Shown here: positions 49,632 through 59,212 of the stretch, piece by piece
How positions within the stretch are numbered: position 1 is the first letter of the stretch
How the letters are laid out: each line of letters begins with the position of its first letter
Assembly: GCA_016176295.1 (NCBI GenBank)
Contig: JACOXN010000008.1
Span: 4,638 to 68,637 of the forward strand
Source of the DNA: Candidatus Giovannonibacteria bacterium
GTDB taxonomy: Bacteria > Patescibacteriota > Minisyncoccia > UBA11713 > 2-01-FULL-45-33
Reading direction: 5' to 3'
DNA length: 64,000 bases
The notes under the pieces: generated by a model
What the model was told of the DNA's origin: nothing
Databases searched by the model: none
The model's input: the letters and a program-made list of their open reading frames with translations, nothing else
Translations under genes and position numbers: made by a program

Positions 49632-51671
49632 TCATTTTATAGCATAAAGCGCGGATTCACCCGCGGAAAAAATAAGAGTTCCCAGTTCAGAAAATTTTGG
49701 CTCATTTAATCCCTGATAAGTCTGCCGTTCGAGATCTCCCACATAAACATATTCAATGCCATATTTATCAATTATGCCTTTTGCTTCATTTTTATCCGAA
49801 GTTTTATAAAACCTCTCAATATCAAGGGCAACGCCAGCCACAGCTCCCCACCCGGTCTCGATTTGGGCGCCCACAGGTGCTTTTTTTGCGGCTTTGGCAT
49901 CGAGCCGCCAAGTCCATTCGTGCGTTTTCCAGCCCATCGGAGTAATCATGCCGGTAAAAGTGGCGATGCGCGCGTAAGACGTGTAGCTGTCTCCGACCGC
50001 CTCGGCTATGACCGTTCTTTCTTCGAAATGATTGTTTATATATTCCACAGTTGCCATATCGCCGGGGCTTTCTTTTGCCATCCAACGTGAAGCATCGAGC
50101 TCAAAATCTCCGCTCCCGGCATAATATTGCCTCACCGCTTCAAAAGAATAAACCGCGCCTGCAACGACGGCAAGAAATGCCAGCGCGCTTGCGGCGATTT
50201 TTTTACCGCTGGATTTTTTACTTGGAGCTGCCCCTTTTAGTATCGCCAAAAACGACACAAAGACGACGGATAGCATCACCCAGGCATCGTAACCGAATTT
50301 AAAGGTCGTATTCGCGCGAAAATAAGGAGGGTTGGCAATGCTATAAATGTCGGCGACGAAAAATATCTCGGTTCCGACAAGAATACCCGCCGAAACTACG
50401 AGAAGCGCTGAAAGAAAAGTGTCGGCAAAAAGTTCTTTCCTTTTATAAATCAAAACCAGGACTGCGCCCGCCAAAAAGATACCCCACATTCCAAGAACCG
50501 CCATAAGCGGCGTCGGATACTGTACTCCGCTTAAATGGTGTAAGCGCACGAAACTCGGAGCAAAACCGAGACCCAATATCGGCGAAGAAAAATTCAGCAG
50601 ATTGGGCAGCATCAGCAGAAGAACCAAAATGAGCACGACTCCCCCAGCGGTAAACCACTTCCACGAATTTTTTATTGTTTTAATAACTACGACCGCAGCA
50701 AGCACGGAAGCGGCCGAGACAAGGTCCCATGGGTTTGCCATGCCGCTTGCGGCAAGCCCGCAAGCGAGCAAAATAATATTTAAAATAGCGGGTGCCCCGC
50801 TTTGCGCGAGAAAATAGATAAAAATAAGGTCCAATAAGAAAATCGGAAGAGCTACAAGATGAGCGTGGAGATTTCCTACGGTAAAACTATATGACGGAAT
50901 TTCATTGATGATATAGGAAGGAGTGTAGAGGCGCGTGGAGGAAGGATATGGGCAAACTCGCACCGGAGAAGAAAATAATCCGTTAAATACGCATCCGGAA
51001 AAAAAGAGCGTCCCTGCGGCGACCACCAAAAAAGCCGCCAGCAAACCGTATTTTTTAAATCCCGTCATGACATACGCCAAAAGCCCCGAAAGGACCGCGC
51101 TCTGGGTGAAAATCAAAGCCAGAGCAAAATTGTAGGTAAGCCCAAAAGAAATCCTGCCCAGGTTCGCGATGAGCCCCATTAAATATTGACCGAAATAATA
51201 ATAATTGACGAATTTCCCTGCGTACCACGGATCGATGAACGGGAAAAAATGAGTTTTTCCGGCCGCCTGAAGCAGCGCCATATCCATAAAATGTTCGGTT
51301 CCGTTGGCGGCCGGATTCCGGCTCCGGAGAAAAAGATAAAAAATGTACACAGCGAGCGACAGCGCCTCTATCCAAACTATCTCTTTCAGCCCTCCGCCTT
51401 TAAATATTCCGCCGCTCCATTTCCATATTGCGCCGATGCCCGCGAGCAGGAATAAAATAAATATTATCAAAAGGGTCTGATAGCTCTGGTAATCCAAAAA
51501 ACGTAAATAACTCGAGACCCAAACAATATAGGCAAATAAAATAAAACCAGTTAGTTTGGCGGCCCCCCAAGCCAAAGCGCGCTTGGACGTAAGCCGAGCG
51601 GTGAGCGGCAGCCCGACAGCCGCAAACAGGGAAAAAATAAAATAATATAGAAGCGCTGAAATAAATTCCAT
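49632..51671 (-). CDS. DUF2298-family multi-pass membrane protein (GT-C-like)
   Basis: GTEHFMD, DPWYAG..NYYYFG, INE.P.YSF..G.LHAH, RANT.FKF.Y, YVYVGDLER. Confidence 0.8.
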   Translation of the reverse strand: MEFISALLYYFIFSLFAAVGLPLTARLTSKRALAWGAAKLTGFILFAYIVWVSSYLRFLDYQSYQTLLIIFILFLLAGIGAIWKWSGGIFKGGGLKEIVWIEALSLAVYIFYLFLRSRNPAANGTEHFMDMALLQAAGKTHFFPFIDPWYAGKFVNYYYFGQYLMGLIANLGRISFGLTYNFALALIFTQSAVLSGLLAYVMTGFKKYGLLAAFLVVAAGTLFFSGCVFNGLFSSPVRVCPYPSSTRLYTPSYIINEIPSYSFTVGNLHAHLVALPIFLLDLIFIYFLAQSGAPAILNIILLACGLAASGMANPWDLVSAASVLAAVVVIKTIKNSWKWFTAGGVVLILVLLLMLPNLLNFSSPILGLGFAPSFVRLHHLSGVQYPTPLMAVLGMWGIFLAGAVLVLIYKRKELFADTFLSALLVVSAGILVGTEIFFVADIYSIANPPYFRANTTFKFGYDAWVMLSVVFVSFLAILKGAAPSKKSSGKKIAASALAFLAVVAGAVYSFEAVRQYYAGSGDFELDASRWMAKESPGDMATVEYINNHFEERTVIAEAVGDSYTSYARIATFTGMITPMGWKTHEWTWRLDAKAAKKAPVGAQIETGWGAVAGVALDIERFYKTSDKNEAKGIIDKYGIEYVYVGDLERQTYQGLNEPKFSELGTLIFSAGESALYAIK

Positions 51672-51687
51672 TTTGATGTTCTACATA

Positions 51688-52383
51688 TTAACGCTTTCTC
51701 TTAAAACGCAGCAAGACCGCGCTCGTTCCTATCTCAACAACCGAACTTACAAGTTTCAGCTTTGATTCGCCGCGCTTTCTCGCTTCGAAAGTTATGCCCA
51801 CAGATGAAATAATATACCCGGCGTCCCTCGCTTTAAATAAAAATTCGAGATCGAACGACCACGGCGAAGGCCGTAAGGAAATTTTTTCCAAAATTTCCTT
51901 ACGGAAGACTTTGAGCCCGGCTTGCACATCCACGTCCAGCCCGCAAAGAACTCTGCCCACGAAAAAAGCGAAACCCCGGCTCAGCAATCTTCTCAAGAAA
52001 GGTTCATTCCTTTTTATTCTCCGCGCCACCACGATGTCAGCCTCCCCTTTCAGTATTTTTTCGGCCATTTCCGGAATAGCTTCCGGCGGATATTGGAGAT
52101 CGGCGTCTATCATTGCGATAACTTCCGAAGAAGAACGCGAAAAGCCTTCGAGCAGTGAAAATGCTTTGCCCGGCGAACCGACTTTTAACCAATATTTGAG
52201 CGGGTAACAGAGAGCGAGCTTTTCAATTTCGCGCACTGTTCCATCAGTCGAATGGTCGTCGATGAAAATAATTTTATAGAAAATGTCTGCTTTTTTCAGC
52301 GCCGCATCCATACGGGAAACTAGGCTTTGCACGTTCGCTTCTTCATTAAGAGTAGGGACGACTACCGAAATATTTTTTTTCAT
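51688..52383 (-). CDS. GT2 polyprenol-phosphate glycosyltransferase
   Basis: VVVPTLNE, DDHSTDGT, DADLQYPP, R..GESKL. Confidence 0.9.
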   Translation of the reverse strand: MKKNISVVVPTLNEEANVQSLVSRMDAALKKADIFYKIIFIDDHSTDGTVREIEKLALCYPLKYWLKVGSPGKAFSLLEGFSRSSSEVIAMIDADLQYPPEAIPEMAEKILKGEADIVVARRIKRNEPFLRRLLSRGFAFFVGRVLCGLDVDVQAGLKVFRKEILEKISLRPSPWSFDLEFLFKARDAGYIISSVGITFEARKRGESKLKLVSSVVEIGTSAVLLRFKRKR

Positions 52384-52531
52384 GGAATTTAGACAGGGGT
52401 CTCTTTAATTGTACTAAAAAGAGAGCACTGCACAACTCAAAAAAACCTGCTTGACTTTCGAACCCTAAACCGCGAAAGTAAATCAAAGTGCATTGAAAAT
52501 TTGGCAAAATTGCCGAAATTGGAGATACCGG

Positions 52532-53749
52532 ATGAACAAAAAAACTATTTTCCGCTTATCAGCGGCTTTCGGGCTGGTTTATTTCTTTTCTACAAACGGA
52601 ATGGCATCTTTGCCGGGGATTGCAGTAAACTTTCTCCTAAAAGAGACCCTGCAAATGACAGCCTCCCAGGCCGCCTACTTCGGCGCTGTTACGATGCTTG
52701 GCTGGGCCATAAAGCCGCTTTGGGGCGTAATATCCGACGCAGTACCGATATTCGGCTACAGAAGAAAACCGTATCTAATGCTTACTTCGCTCGTCGCCGC
52801 CGGGATTTGGTTCTGGCTTGGCCAAATTGAAATCTACACCGTGAGTATTCTCATTGCCTTATTCACCGTTTCATCTTTCATTTACGCCTTCAACGACGTT
52901 GTTACCGACGGCCTGATGGTACAGACCGGCAAACCGTACGGCATAACTGATAAATTCCAGTCAGTGCAATGGACGGCCGTTTACGCCGCTTCCATTATAA
53001 CCGGGCTCGCGGGAGGATGGGCCGCGGAAAATTTAAAATCGCAAACTATTTTTTCGGTCAACGCGGTTTTCCCGATTCTTGTAGTTGTTGCCATTTTTCT
53101 TTTGATAACCGAAGAAAAGTCGCAAGACCATAGGAAACAGCTCCGGGAGAGTCTGTCGGCACTTAAAGAAACGGTAAAAAACAAAACTATCTGGCTTATT
53201 GCTTTCTTTCTGTTTTTTTGGACATTCAGTCCTTCATTCGGAATGCCTTTTTTCTACTACTCTGTCGATGTTTTGAAATTCGATAAATTTTTCCTCGGAA
53301 TAGCAAGCGCGGTTGGCAGCGCTTCCTCAATGCTAGGCGCCATTCTTTACGGCAAATACGCCGGTAAATTTAAAATTAAGAAACTAATCAATTTCGCCAT
53401 ATTGTTCGGCGTAACCGCAACTCTTTTTTCGCTTATTTATTTTATACCTCTCATTGCCCGCAATCTTTGGCTGGCCAATGCCACCTATATTTCAAGCAAT
53501 GCAATACTGGGAGCTGTAGGCTCGTTTGTCACGCTTGCCATGCTCAACATGGCCGCAGTGATCTGCCCGAAGAACAGCGAAGGAACCACTTTCGCGGCTC
53601 TGACGTCGTTTTGGAACATCGGCGCGATGAGTTCGGCAGCCTTGGGCGGATGGCTCTTTGACCAAATCGGCCTCCAGCCACTCATCATTGTTTCGGCCGT
53701 GTTTACAGCCTTAACATGGCTCATCGTTCCCTATCTGAAACTGGAATAA
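52532..53749 (+). CDS. MFS transporter (BT1 folate/biopterin-like)
   Basis: W.IKPLWG.ISD..PIFGYRRKPY, DVVTDGLMV, CP...EGT.FA. Confidence 0.85.
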   Translation: MNKKTIFRLSAAFGLVYFFSTNGMASLPGIAVNFLLKETLQMTASQAAYFGAVTMLGWAIKPLWGVISDAVPIFGYRRKPYLMLTSLVAAGIWFWLGQIEIYTVSILIALFTVSSFIYAFNDVVTDGLMVQTGKPYGITDKFQSVQWTAVYAASIITGLAGGWAAENLKSQTIFSVNAVFPILVVVAIFLLITEEKSQDHRKQLRESLSALKETVKNKTIWLIAFFLFFWTFSPSFGMPFFYYSVDVLKFDKFFLGIASAVGSASSMLGAILYGKYAGKFKIKKLINFAILFGVTATLFSLIYFIPLIARNLWLANATYISSNAILGAVGSFVTLAMLNMAAVICPKNSEGTTFAALTSFWNIGAMSSAALGGWLFDQIGLQPLIIVSAVFTALTWLIVPYLKLE

Positions 53750-53821
53750 AAAAGACAGCGCCCGTTTAACATCCGGGTGTTTTTATTTAATGCTATAATT
53801 CAGAAAAAGGAGTCCTTTGAA

Positions 53822-54436
53822 ATGCTACATAAAATTTTTATCTTACTTCTCGGCGCGCTTTTTTTAAATTCATGCGGCAAGCTTTCCATTAATCCCGCAC
53901 CTCTTCTCGCCCAAGAAAATTTTTCTTCGCCGTTAAACCTAATGTCTCCCCAAATAACCCAGTATAGGATCGGCGGGAAAAATGAATACTTTTGGGGATT
54001 TTTGAAAGAAAACAAAAATGTTTTATTCAGACTGGGAACAATTGACGGGTTTTTTCTGGAAGAAAACAAACGCGGATGCCTGAAATGGAGATTTGCCATC
54101 TACGCCCTTGGCGAAGACAAAGCGCGAGCCTCGGTCATAATGATTAACAGCAAAGTGTTTGAACGGCGCACCAGCTTTGGCTCCGGCTTGCTTTCCGGGC
54201 CTATGGAATACGGCGAAGCTGAAATCAGTTTCTTCTTTCTTTATGCAGACGAGCTCCTGCGGGAGTACAATGCCCTAAACTACGCCAATTTAAGATTTGG
54301 CAAAGAAATATTTCAGGAAGATATGATTTGGCAAGATTTCTACGAGCGGGAAAGAGAATGGACATTTAGAAAGCATTGCAGAGAGCCCTTAGAATGGACA
54401 AAGCCGGAAATGCTTAAAAAATTCCGCCCGGATTAG
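53822..54436 (+). CDS. Hypothetical lipoprotein
   Basis: AAGGAG SD; signal with LNSC lipobox. Confidence 0.6.
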   Translation: MLHKIFILLLGALFLNSCGKLSINPAPLLAQENFSSPLNLMSPQITQYRIGGKNEYFWGFLKENKNVLFRLGTIDGFFLEENKRGCLKWRFAIYALGEDKARASVIMINSKVFERRTSFGSGLLSGPMEYGEAEISFFFLYADELLREYNALNYANLRFGKEIFQEDMIWQDFYEREREWTFRKHCREPLEWTKPEMLKKFRPD

Positions 54437-54565
54437 CTGCTCCTTAAACGGAGCTTTTTGTTTTTCTACAATTTTTCTTATAACTTTTTGTACGCATGCA
54501 GAAGAAGAAAATTACCAACACGAAATGTTGCTTTACTCATAAATTCATCGTCTGTCCATCTCCGC

Positions 54566-54586
54566 GTGCCCTCGAAGGGAATCGAA
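54566..54586 (-). other. tRNA 3'-end remnant (T-loop to discriminator), inverted relative to tRNA-Arg(CCT)
   Basis: Minus strand TTCGATTCCCTTCGAGGGCAC, 19/21 identical to 55344-55364. Confidence 0.75.
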
Positions 54587-54651
54587 ATTTGACGAACTGG
54601 ACAAAGCTATCCAGTCCTTGAACAATTTCTTAATTCATATAAAATAATAAC

Positions 54652-55272
54652 ATGCAGAAAATACCCCAAACTCAGATCGAAAAAATAAGCAGCTTAAGAA
54701 AGCATGGCTATAGTTTTCCGGAAATAAGCGCAGCTTTGTCTGTCCCCAAAACAACCGTCTTCAGATATGCCCAAAAAGTCCCTATTCAAGCACGTTACCT
54801 ACCCCGCTGGCTGGAGCGCCGAAACTCAAGCAAAATTATATCAGACAAACAATGGGCAGACGCAGAAACAAAAGCCATAAATTTAATTTATGAGACAAGC
54901 AATAAAGAACTCGCTATGTTTGGTGCCGCATTATATTGGGCGGAGGGATCAAAAAAAGATTTCAGTTTTTCCAACACTGATCCAGCGATGATAAAAGTTT
55001 TTTTGAATATTCTTAGAAAAATATACAAAGTAGCTGATGAAAATATTAAAATTTCCGTGAGAATTTACGAAGATTTGAATCGATCCGCTTGTCTTCGCTT
55101 TTGGACTGGAATAACAGGAATAAAGCTGGGTAAACATACGAGTATAAATATTTTAAAGGGTTCAAAAAAAGGGAAACTCCGATACGGAATGTGCAGAGTG
55201 AGAGTAAAAAAAGGTGGAATGCTTTTGAAAGAATTATGTGCTATTAATAATAGGGTAATCAATTTAGTGTAG
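54652..55272 (+). CDS. HTH plus LAGLIDADG-like protein, tRNA-adjacent (copy 2)
   Basis: LRKHGYSFPEI...VPKTTV HTH; GAALYWAEGSK..FSNTDP.MI motif; ends 19 bp before tRNA-Arg. Confidence 0.7.
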   Translation: MQKIPQTQIEKISSLRKHGYSFPEISAALSVPKTTVFRYAQKVPIQARYLPRWLERRNSSKIISDKQWADAETKAINLIYETSNKELAMFGAALYWAEGSKKDFSFSNTDPAMIKVFLNILRKIYKVADENIKISVRIYEDLNRSACLRFWTGITGIKLGKHTSINILKGSKKGKLRYGMCRVRVKKGGMLLKELCAINNRVINLV

Positions 55273-55291
55273 ATTTTTAATCAGTGCTCAC

Positions 55292-55363
55292 GCCCTCGTA
55301 GTTCAATGGACAGAACAAGGGACTCCTAAGCCCTAGATACAGGTTCGATTCCTGTCGAGGGCA
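55292..55363 (+). tRNA. tRNA-Arg(CCT)
   Basis: GCCCTCG/CGAGGGC acceptor stem, CTCCTAA anticodon loop, GTTCGATT. Confidence 0.93.
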
Positions 55364-55414
55364 CTGGTAAAAAGTGGTATATTAAATGCATGGATCCCGT
55401 AGTAGAATTTTAAT

Positions 55415-56461
55415 ATGGGCTATCAAGAACAAATAATAAAAGTTATCGAAAATTCTCTGTCGGCGGTGGTTTCCATTGCCGCTTCCAAGGATGTGAAAGC
55501 AGTGCAGGAGGAAATGAAAAAAATGGGCATCAACCCGGCTCAGTTTTACGACAAGCTGATCTCCGAAGAAAAGGACGGAAAGATAACCGTATCTACCGGC
55601 TCCGGTTTTATCGTGGACCCTGCCGGAATAATTTTGACCAACAAACACGTCATCCAAGACAAGGACTCGATATACAAAGTGATAATCGGAAAGGACAGCT
55701 TTGATGTCGAAATTGTCGGAAAAGACCCTCTGGCCGATATCGCCATCCTCAAATTGTCCTCTCCTCCCCCGGGCCTCTCAAGCATCCCTCTAGGAGTTTC
55801 GAAGAGCATCAGATTGGGAGAAGCAGTCATAGCCATCGGCAACGCCTTGGGAGAATTTCAAAACACCGTTTCCACCGGCATTGTCTCCGGCCTATCCAGG
55901 TTCCTCTCCGCTGTCACCGATTCCGAAGGGCATCAGGAAAGACTGCGCGGGCTCATCCAGACCGACGCCGCCATCAATCCCGGGAACTCCGGAGGGCCGC
56001 TCCTTAATTTAAAGGGAGAAGTAATCGGCATCAACGCCGCCATAGTTTTCGGAGCGCAAAACATAGGTTTTGCAATTCCGATCGACCAGGCAAAAAAAGA
56101 TCTTATCGAATTAAAAGAAAAAGGGCATATCACTGCGCCATTTCTGGGAGTGAGATACCTGGTTCTGAATAAAGCCATCCAAAAGCATTTCAACATTCCG
56201 ATGGATAGGGGCGCGCTCATCGTGCGCGAAGGCCTCCCCGGAGACCACGCCGTGCTTCCCGGAAGCTCAGCCGACCTCGCCGGATTAAAAGAGCGCGACA
56301 TAATCCTCACCGCCAACGGTAAAGAAATAAATGAGAAAGAAACCCTGGAGGACCGCCTCGCAGAATGCGCCGTGGGCGACACCATGGAACTCGGAGTACA
56401 GAGGGGAAGCAAGAATTTTTCAGTGAAAGTTTTACTGGAAGACCGGGCGAAGTTTGCATAG
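55415..56461 (+). CDS. HtrA/DegP-like serine protease with PDZ domain (no signal peptide)
   Basis: GSGFI, TNKHV, DIAIL, QTDAAINPGNSGGPL, PFLGV. Confidence 0.92.
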   Translation: MGYQEQIIKVIENSLSAVVSIAASKDVKAVQEEMKKMGINPAQFYDKLISEEKDGKITVSTGSGFIVDPAGIILTNKHVIQDKDSIYKVIIGKDSFDVEIVGKDPLADIAILKLSSPPPGLSSIPLGVSKSIRLGEAVIAIGNALGEFQNTVSTGIVSGLSRFLSAVTDSEGHQERLRGLIQTDAAINPGNSGGPLLNLKGEVIGINAAIVFGAQNIGFAIPIDQAKKDLIELKEKGHITAPFLGVRYLVLNKAIQKHFNIPMDRGALIVREGLPGDHAVLPGSSADLAGLKERDIILTANGKEINEKETLEDRLAECAVGDTMELGVQRGSKNFSVKVLLEDRAKFA

Positions 56462-56510
56462 CCAAAAACCAAAAATAAGAAAATCAAAATTTTCTTATTT
56501 TTGGTTTTTC

Positions 56511-56543
56511 AAAAAAGACCCCCGCGCCTGCGGGGGTCTTTTT
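56511..56543. terminator. Bidirectional intrinsic terminator
   Basis: AAAAAAGACCCCCGC-GCCT-GCGGGGGTCTTTTT. Confidence 0.85.
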
Positions 56544-56725
56544 ATTATTCTTCGCCTTCCAAGTCTTCTTCATCGGAGGCATCTTCTTCTTTTTCCTTCT
56601 CTTCGACGTCTTCGTCCATGATAGTGCTTAAATTAGCCGCTAATATTATTCCATCAGAGGATAAACCAAATCAAAATAAAATGCAAATAAAAAAACCGGC
56701 TGCCGCAGCAACCGGTAATGCTCAT

Positions 56726-58144
56726 TTACCAAACGCCCCAAATGGGTTCTTTGTTCTGGAAACAGCCGAAGCAATACTCTGCGGTATTTTTTTTGAAATG
56801 CCCCAGAACTTCTTCGAGGTCGTCGATGGAGGAATAGTGGAGATAGTCCAGGAAATTCGGCTCAAGTTCGAGCCGCACTTTTTCAACGTCCGTTTCTGTG
56901 CCGTGAGTATGCTTCGCGGCCAAAAGGTCTTCTCTAAAGTCTATGCCTTTGTCGCAGGGGCCAATGATAGGCGGGCAGCTCGAAACAAATCCTATCCAGA
57001 CGGCTCCGTGCTCTTTTAAAGCCCTGATAAGCCTGCGCGAGGAATTACCCCGCACCACCGAATCGTCCAGCACCCAGACCCTTTTACCGGCCACAAGTTC
57101 TCTGCGCAAACTAAGTTTTTTACGGAGAGCATTGTAACGGTTGTCCTGCGAAGACTGCGTGAAGCTTCTCACGATGTCCGTCGAGTGCCTTCTTATCAAA
57201 ACTTCCTCCAGGGGGCGCACCAATTCTTTAGCGAATCCCAGCCCGAAAAATTTTCCCGAGTCAGGAACGTAGGTCACGACGTCGCCTTCTTCCACAAGAT
57301 TTTTCAGCTTCCGCGCGGTAACTCGCCCCAATTGCTCCCTGAACTCTCCCACCGGCACTCCGAAAACTTTGGAAGCGGGGAAAGAAAAATAAATGAGCTC
57401 GAAAACGCAGCGCATCAGCCTCGGGGATGCCTCTGAAATTTTACGGCTTTCAAGCCCATCGGATGAAATTACCAGCATTTCGCCCGGTTCGACCTCGCGC
57501 AAAAATTTTCCGTCCACGACCTCAAATGATGAATTTTCCGACGCCACGACATATCCCTGCCCGTGCGAGCCCAGAACCAGCGGACGATTGCCGGAAGGGT
57601 CCCTTGCCGCTATGAGCTTAATGCCGGCGGCGCACTTTAAAAGTAAAATGACCGAGTATGTCCCTTTGTACCGGGAAAGACCTTTCTGAACGGCGGCCAC
57701 AGGGTCATCCTCTCCGGAAAGCGCGATGTATTTTAAGAGCAGCTCCGAATCGGAATCGGTTGAAAATACTGCCCCTTTTTTCAGAAGCTCGTCTTTCTGG
57801 GAAGCAAAGCTCGGGGTATCGCCGTTGTGTACCAAGTGCAGTTCGCCCCATGGCATGGAGGCCGAAAGCGGATGGGCATTTATGATCGAATCGCGGGCAC
57901 CCGCCGTTCCGTAACGCACGTGCCCCACTCCGGCGACAAAATCTTCCTGGGCCAGATTCGAGCAGTTCAATTTTCTGAAAAGCTCGCAGGTAAGGCCCAA
58001 AGACCTGTCCCCGCAAACTCCCCCGTCCTTATTCATCAACAGAAGACCGGAGCTCTGTTCTCCCCTATATTGCAAAGAAGCCATCAAGTCGTACAAAACG
58101 TCTGCGGACCTTTCAACGGAAAAAACTCCCGCAACTCCGCACAT
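56726..58144 (-). CDS. purF: Amidophosphoribosyltransferase
   Basis: MCG N-terminal nucleophile, QYRG, GHVRYGT, HNG, DDSVVRG PRPP loop, Fe-S cysteines C..CFGCF. Confidence 0.92.
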   Translation of the reverse strand: MCGVAGVFSVERSADVLYDLMASLQYRGEQSSGLLLMNKDGGVCGDRSLGLTCELFRKLNCSNLAQEDFVAGVGHVRYGTAGARDSIINAHPLSASMPWGELHLVHNGDTPSFASQKDELLKKGAVFSTDSDSELLLKYIALSGEDDPVAAVQKGLSRYKGTYSVILLLKCAAGIKLIAARDPSGNRPLVLGSHGQGYVVASENSSFEVVDGKFLREVEPGEMLVISSDGLESRKISEASPRLMRCVFELIYFSFPASKVFGVPVGEFREQLGRVTARKLKNLVEEGDVVTYVPDSGKFFGLGFAKELVRPLEEVLIRRHSTDIVRSFTQSSQDNRYNALRKKLSLRRELVAGKRVWVLDDSVVRGNSSRRLIRALKEHGAVWIGFVSSCPPIIGPCDKGIDFREDLLAAKHTHGTETDVEKVRLELEPNFLDYLHYSSIDDLEEVLGHFKKNTAEYCFGCFQNKEPIWGVW

Positions 58145-58177
58145 GGGTGTGTCCTTTCTTTAAGAAATTATCTGGGG

Positions 58178-59140
58178 TTATCTTACCTTGTCGGTGTACG
58201 GCCTGTAAAGCTCCTGGTCTATGGTCCGCTCAAAGCATATTTTTCCGGCTTCGTGACTCCAGCTCTCACTGATGCCTTCGCCGGCGGGATGCAGAGGCTT
58301 CGGCACGCTGTTTCTGATATTGTAGGAGTTCTCGTCGCTGGGCCTGGCAAATTCAGCGCAGAGGGCAAAAGAAAGTTTTGCTTTGTCGCGTATCATAAAT
58401 TCATACGCCTTTCCTTCCGGGTCGGTGGGCACCATATAACCGCTAATGGTATCATTTAATTCATTTAAATTCTCAGGCAGACGAGTCTTATTCATCCAGA
58501 AATTTAGTATCTGCGACTGGATGGTCTGCATATCAGACACGCGCTGGGCGTCATATTGTATGAGGCGCGCTTCTTTTGGCGAGCCCACAAAGAAAAATCC
58601 AGAAATTATTGACACCACAACCAGCGCCATCGCCAAATATCCAATATACGTTCCGTACCCGTCTCTACGGTTCTTCATTTCCAAAAAATAATACCCAAAC
58701 ACCAACCCCGACACCACAAATATCGTAAGTATCTTAAGGAGGAATGAAGACGTCCAATCACCTCCGAGCAGATTGTAGATAAGGGCCACAAGGTCCCCAA
58801 CCATTACCAACGCCGCAATAAAAAGCGTAAAATTAATAAGCCACCTTCTCACCCAAATTTCGCGCCGCGCCGGTTCCTTATTATACATCCTATTCAAAAA
58901 CCATACCGACCAGACAAACAGCGGAAAAACCACAAAGAGAGCCGAAATATTCCAACGAATGCTACTATAGGCCGATGTAATGCTGTAATAATTCACCGCG
59001 GGCGGAGGTATGAGAAGCGTGATGTATTGGAAAATAAGCGCAACAAAACTCCCCACGCTCACGTATAGCGCTATTATGGATAAAAGGTGCAAAAACACGT
59101 CCTTTGGTTCCGTTTTGTATTCTTTCGTAAGCATATTCAT
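58178..59140 (-). CDS. DUF5671-like membrane protein
   Basis: PKDVFLHL, GSP..AR....D..RVSD, FALCAEF, W.H.AG..CFER. Confidence 0.75.
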   Translation of the reverse strand: MNMLTKEYKTEPKDVFLHLLSIIALYVSVGSFVALIFQYITLLIPPPAVNYYSITSAYSSIRWNISALFVVFPLFVWSVWFLNRMYNKEPARREIWVRRWLINFTLFIAALVMVGDLVALIYNLLGGDWTSSFLLKILTIFVVSGLVFGYYFLEMKNRRDGYGTYIGYLAMALVVVSIISGFFFVGSPKEARLIQYDAQRVSDMQTIQSQILNFWMNKTRLPENLNELNDTISGYMVPTDPEGKAYEFMIRDKAKLSFALCAEFARPSDENSYNIRNSVPKPLHPAGEGISESWSHEAGKICFERTIDQELYRPYTDKVR

Positions 59141-59212
59141 ATAGACATTATACACGTTTTGTCTAAAAAATCATTAAGTGAAAATGAAGATTTTAAAAAA
59201 TAAAAAACGCCG

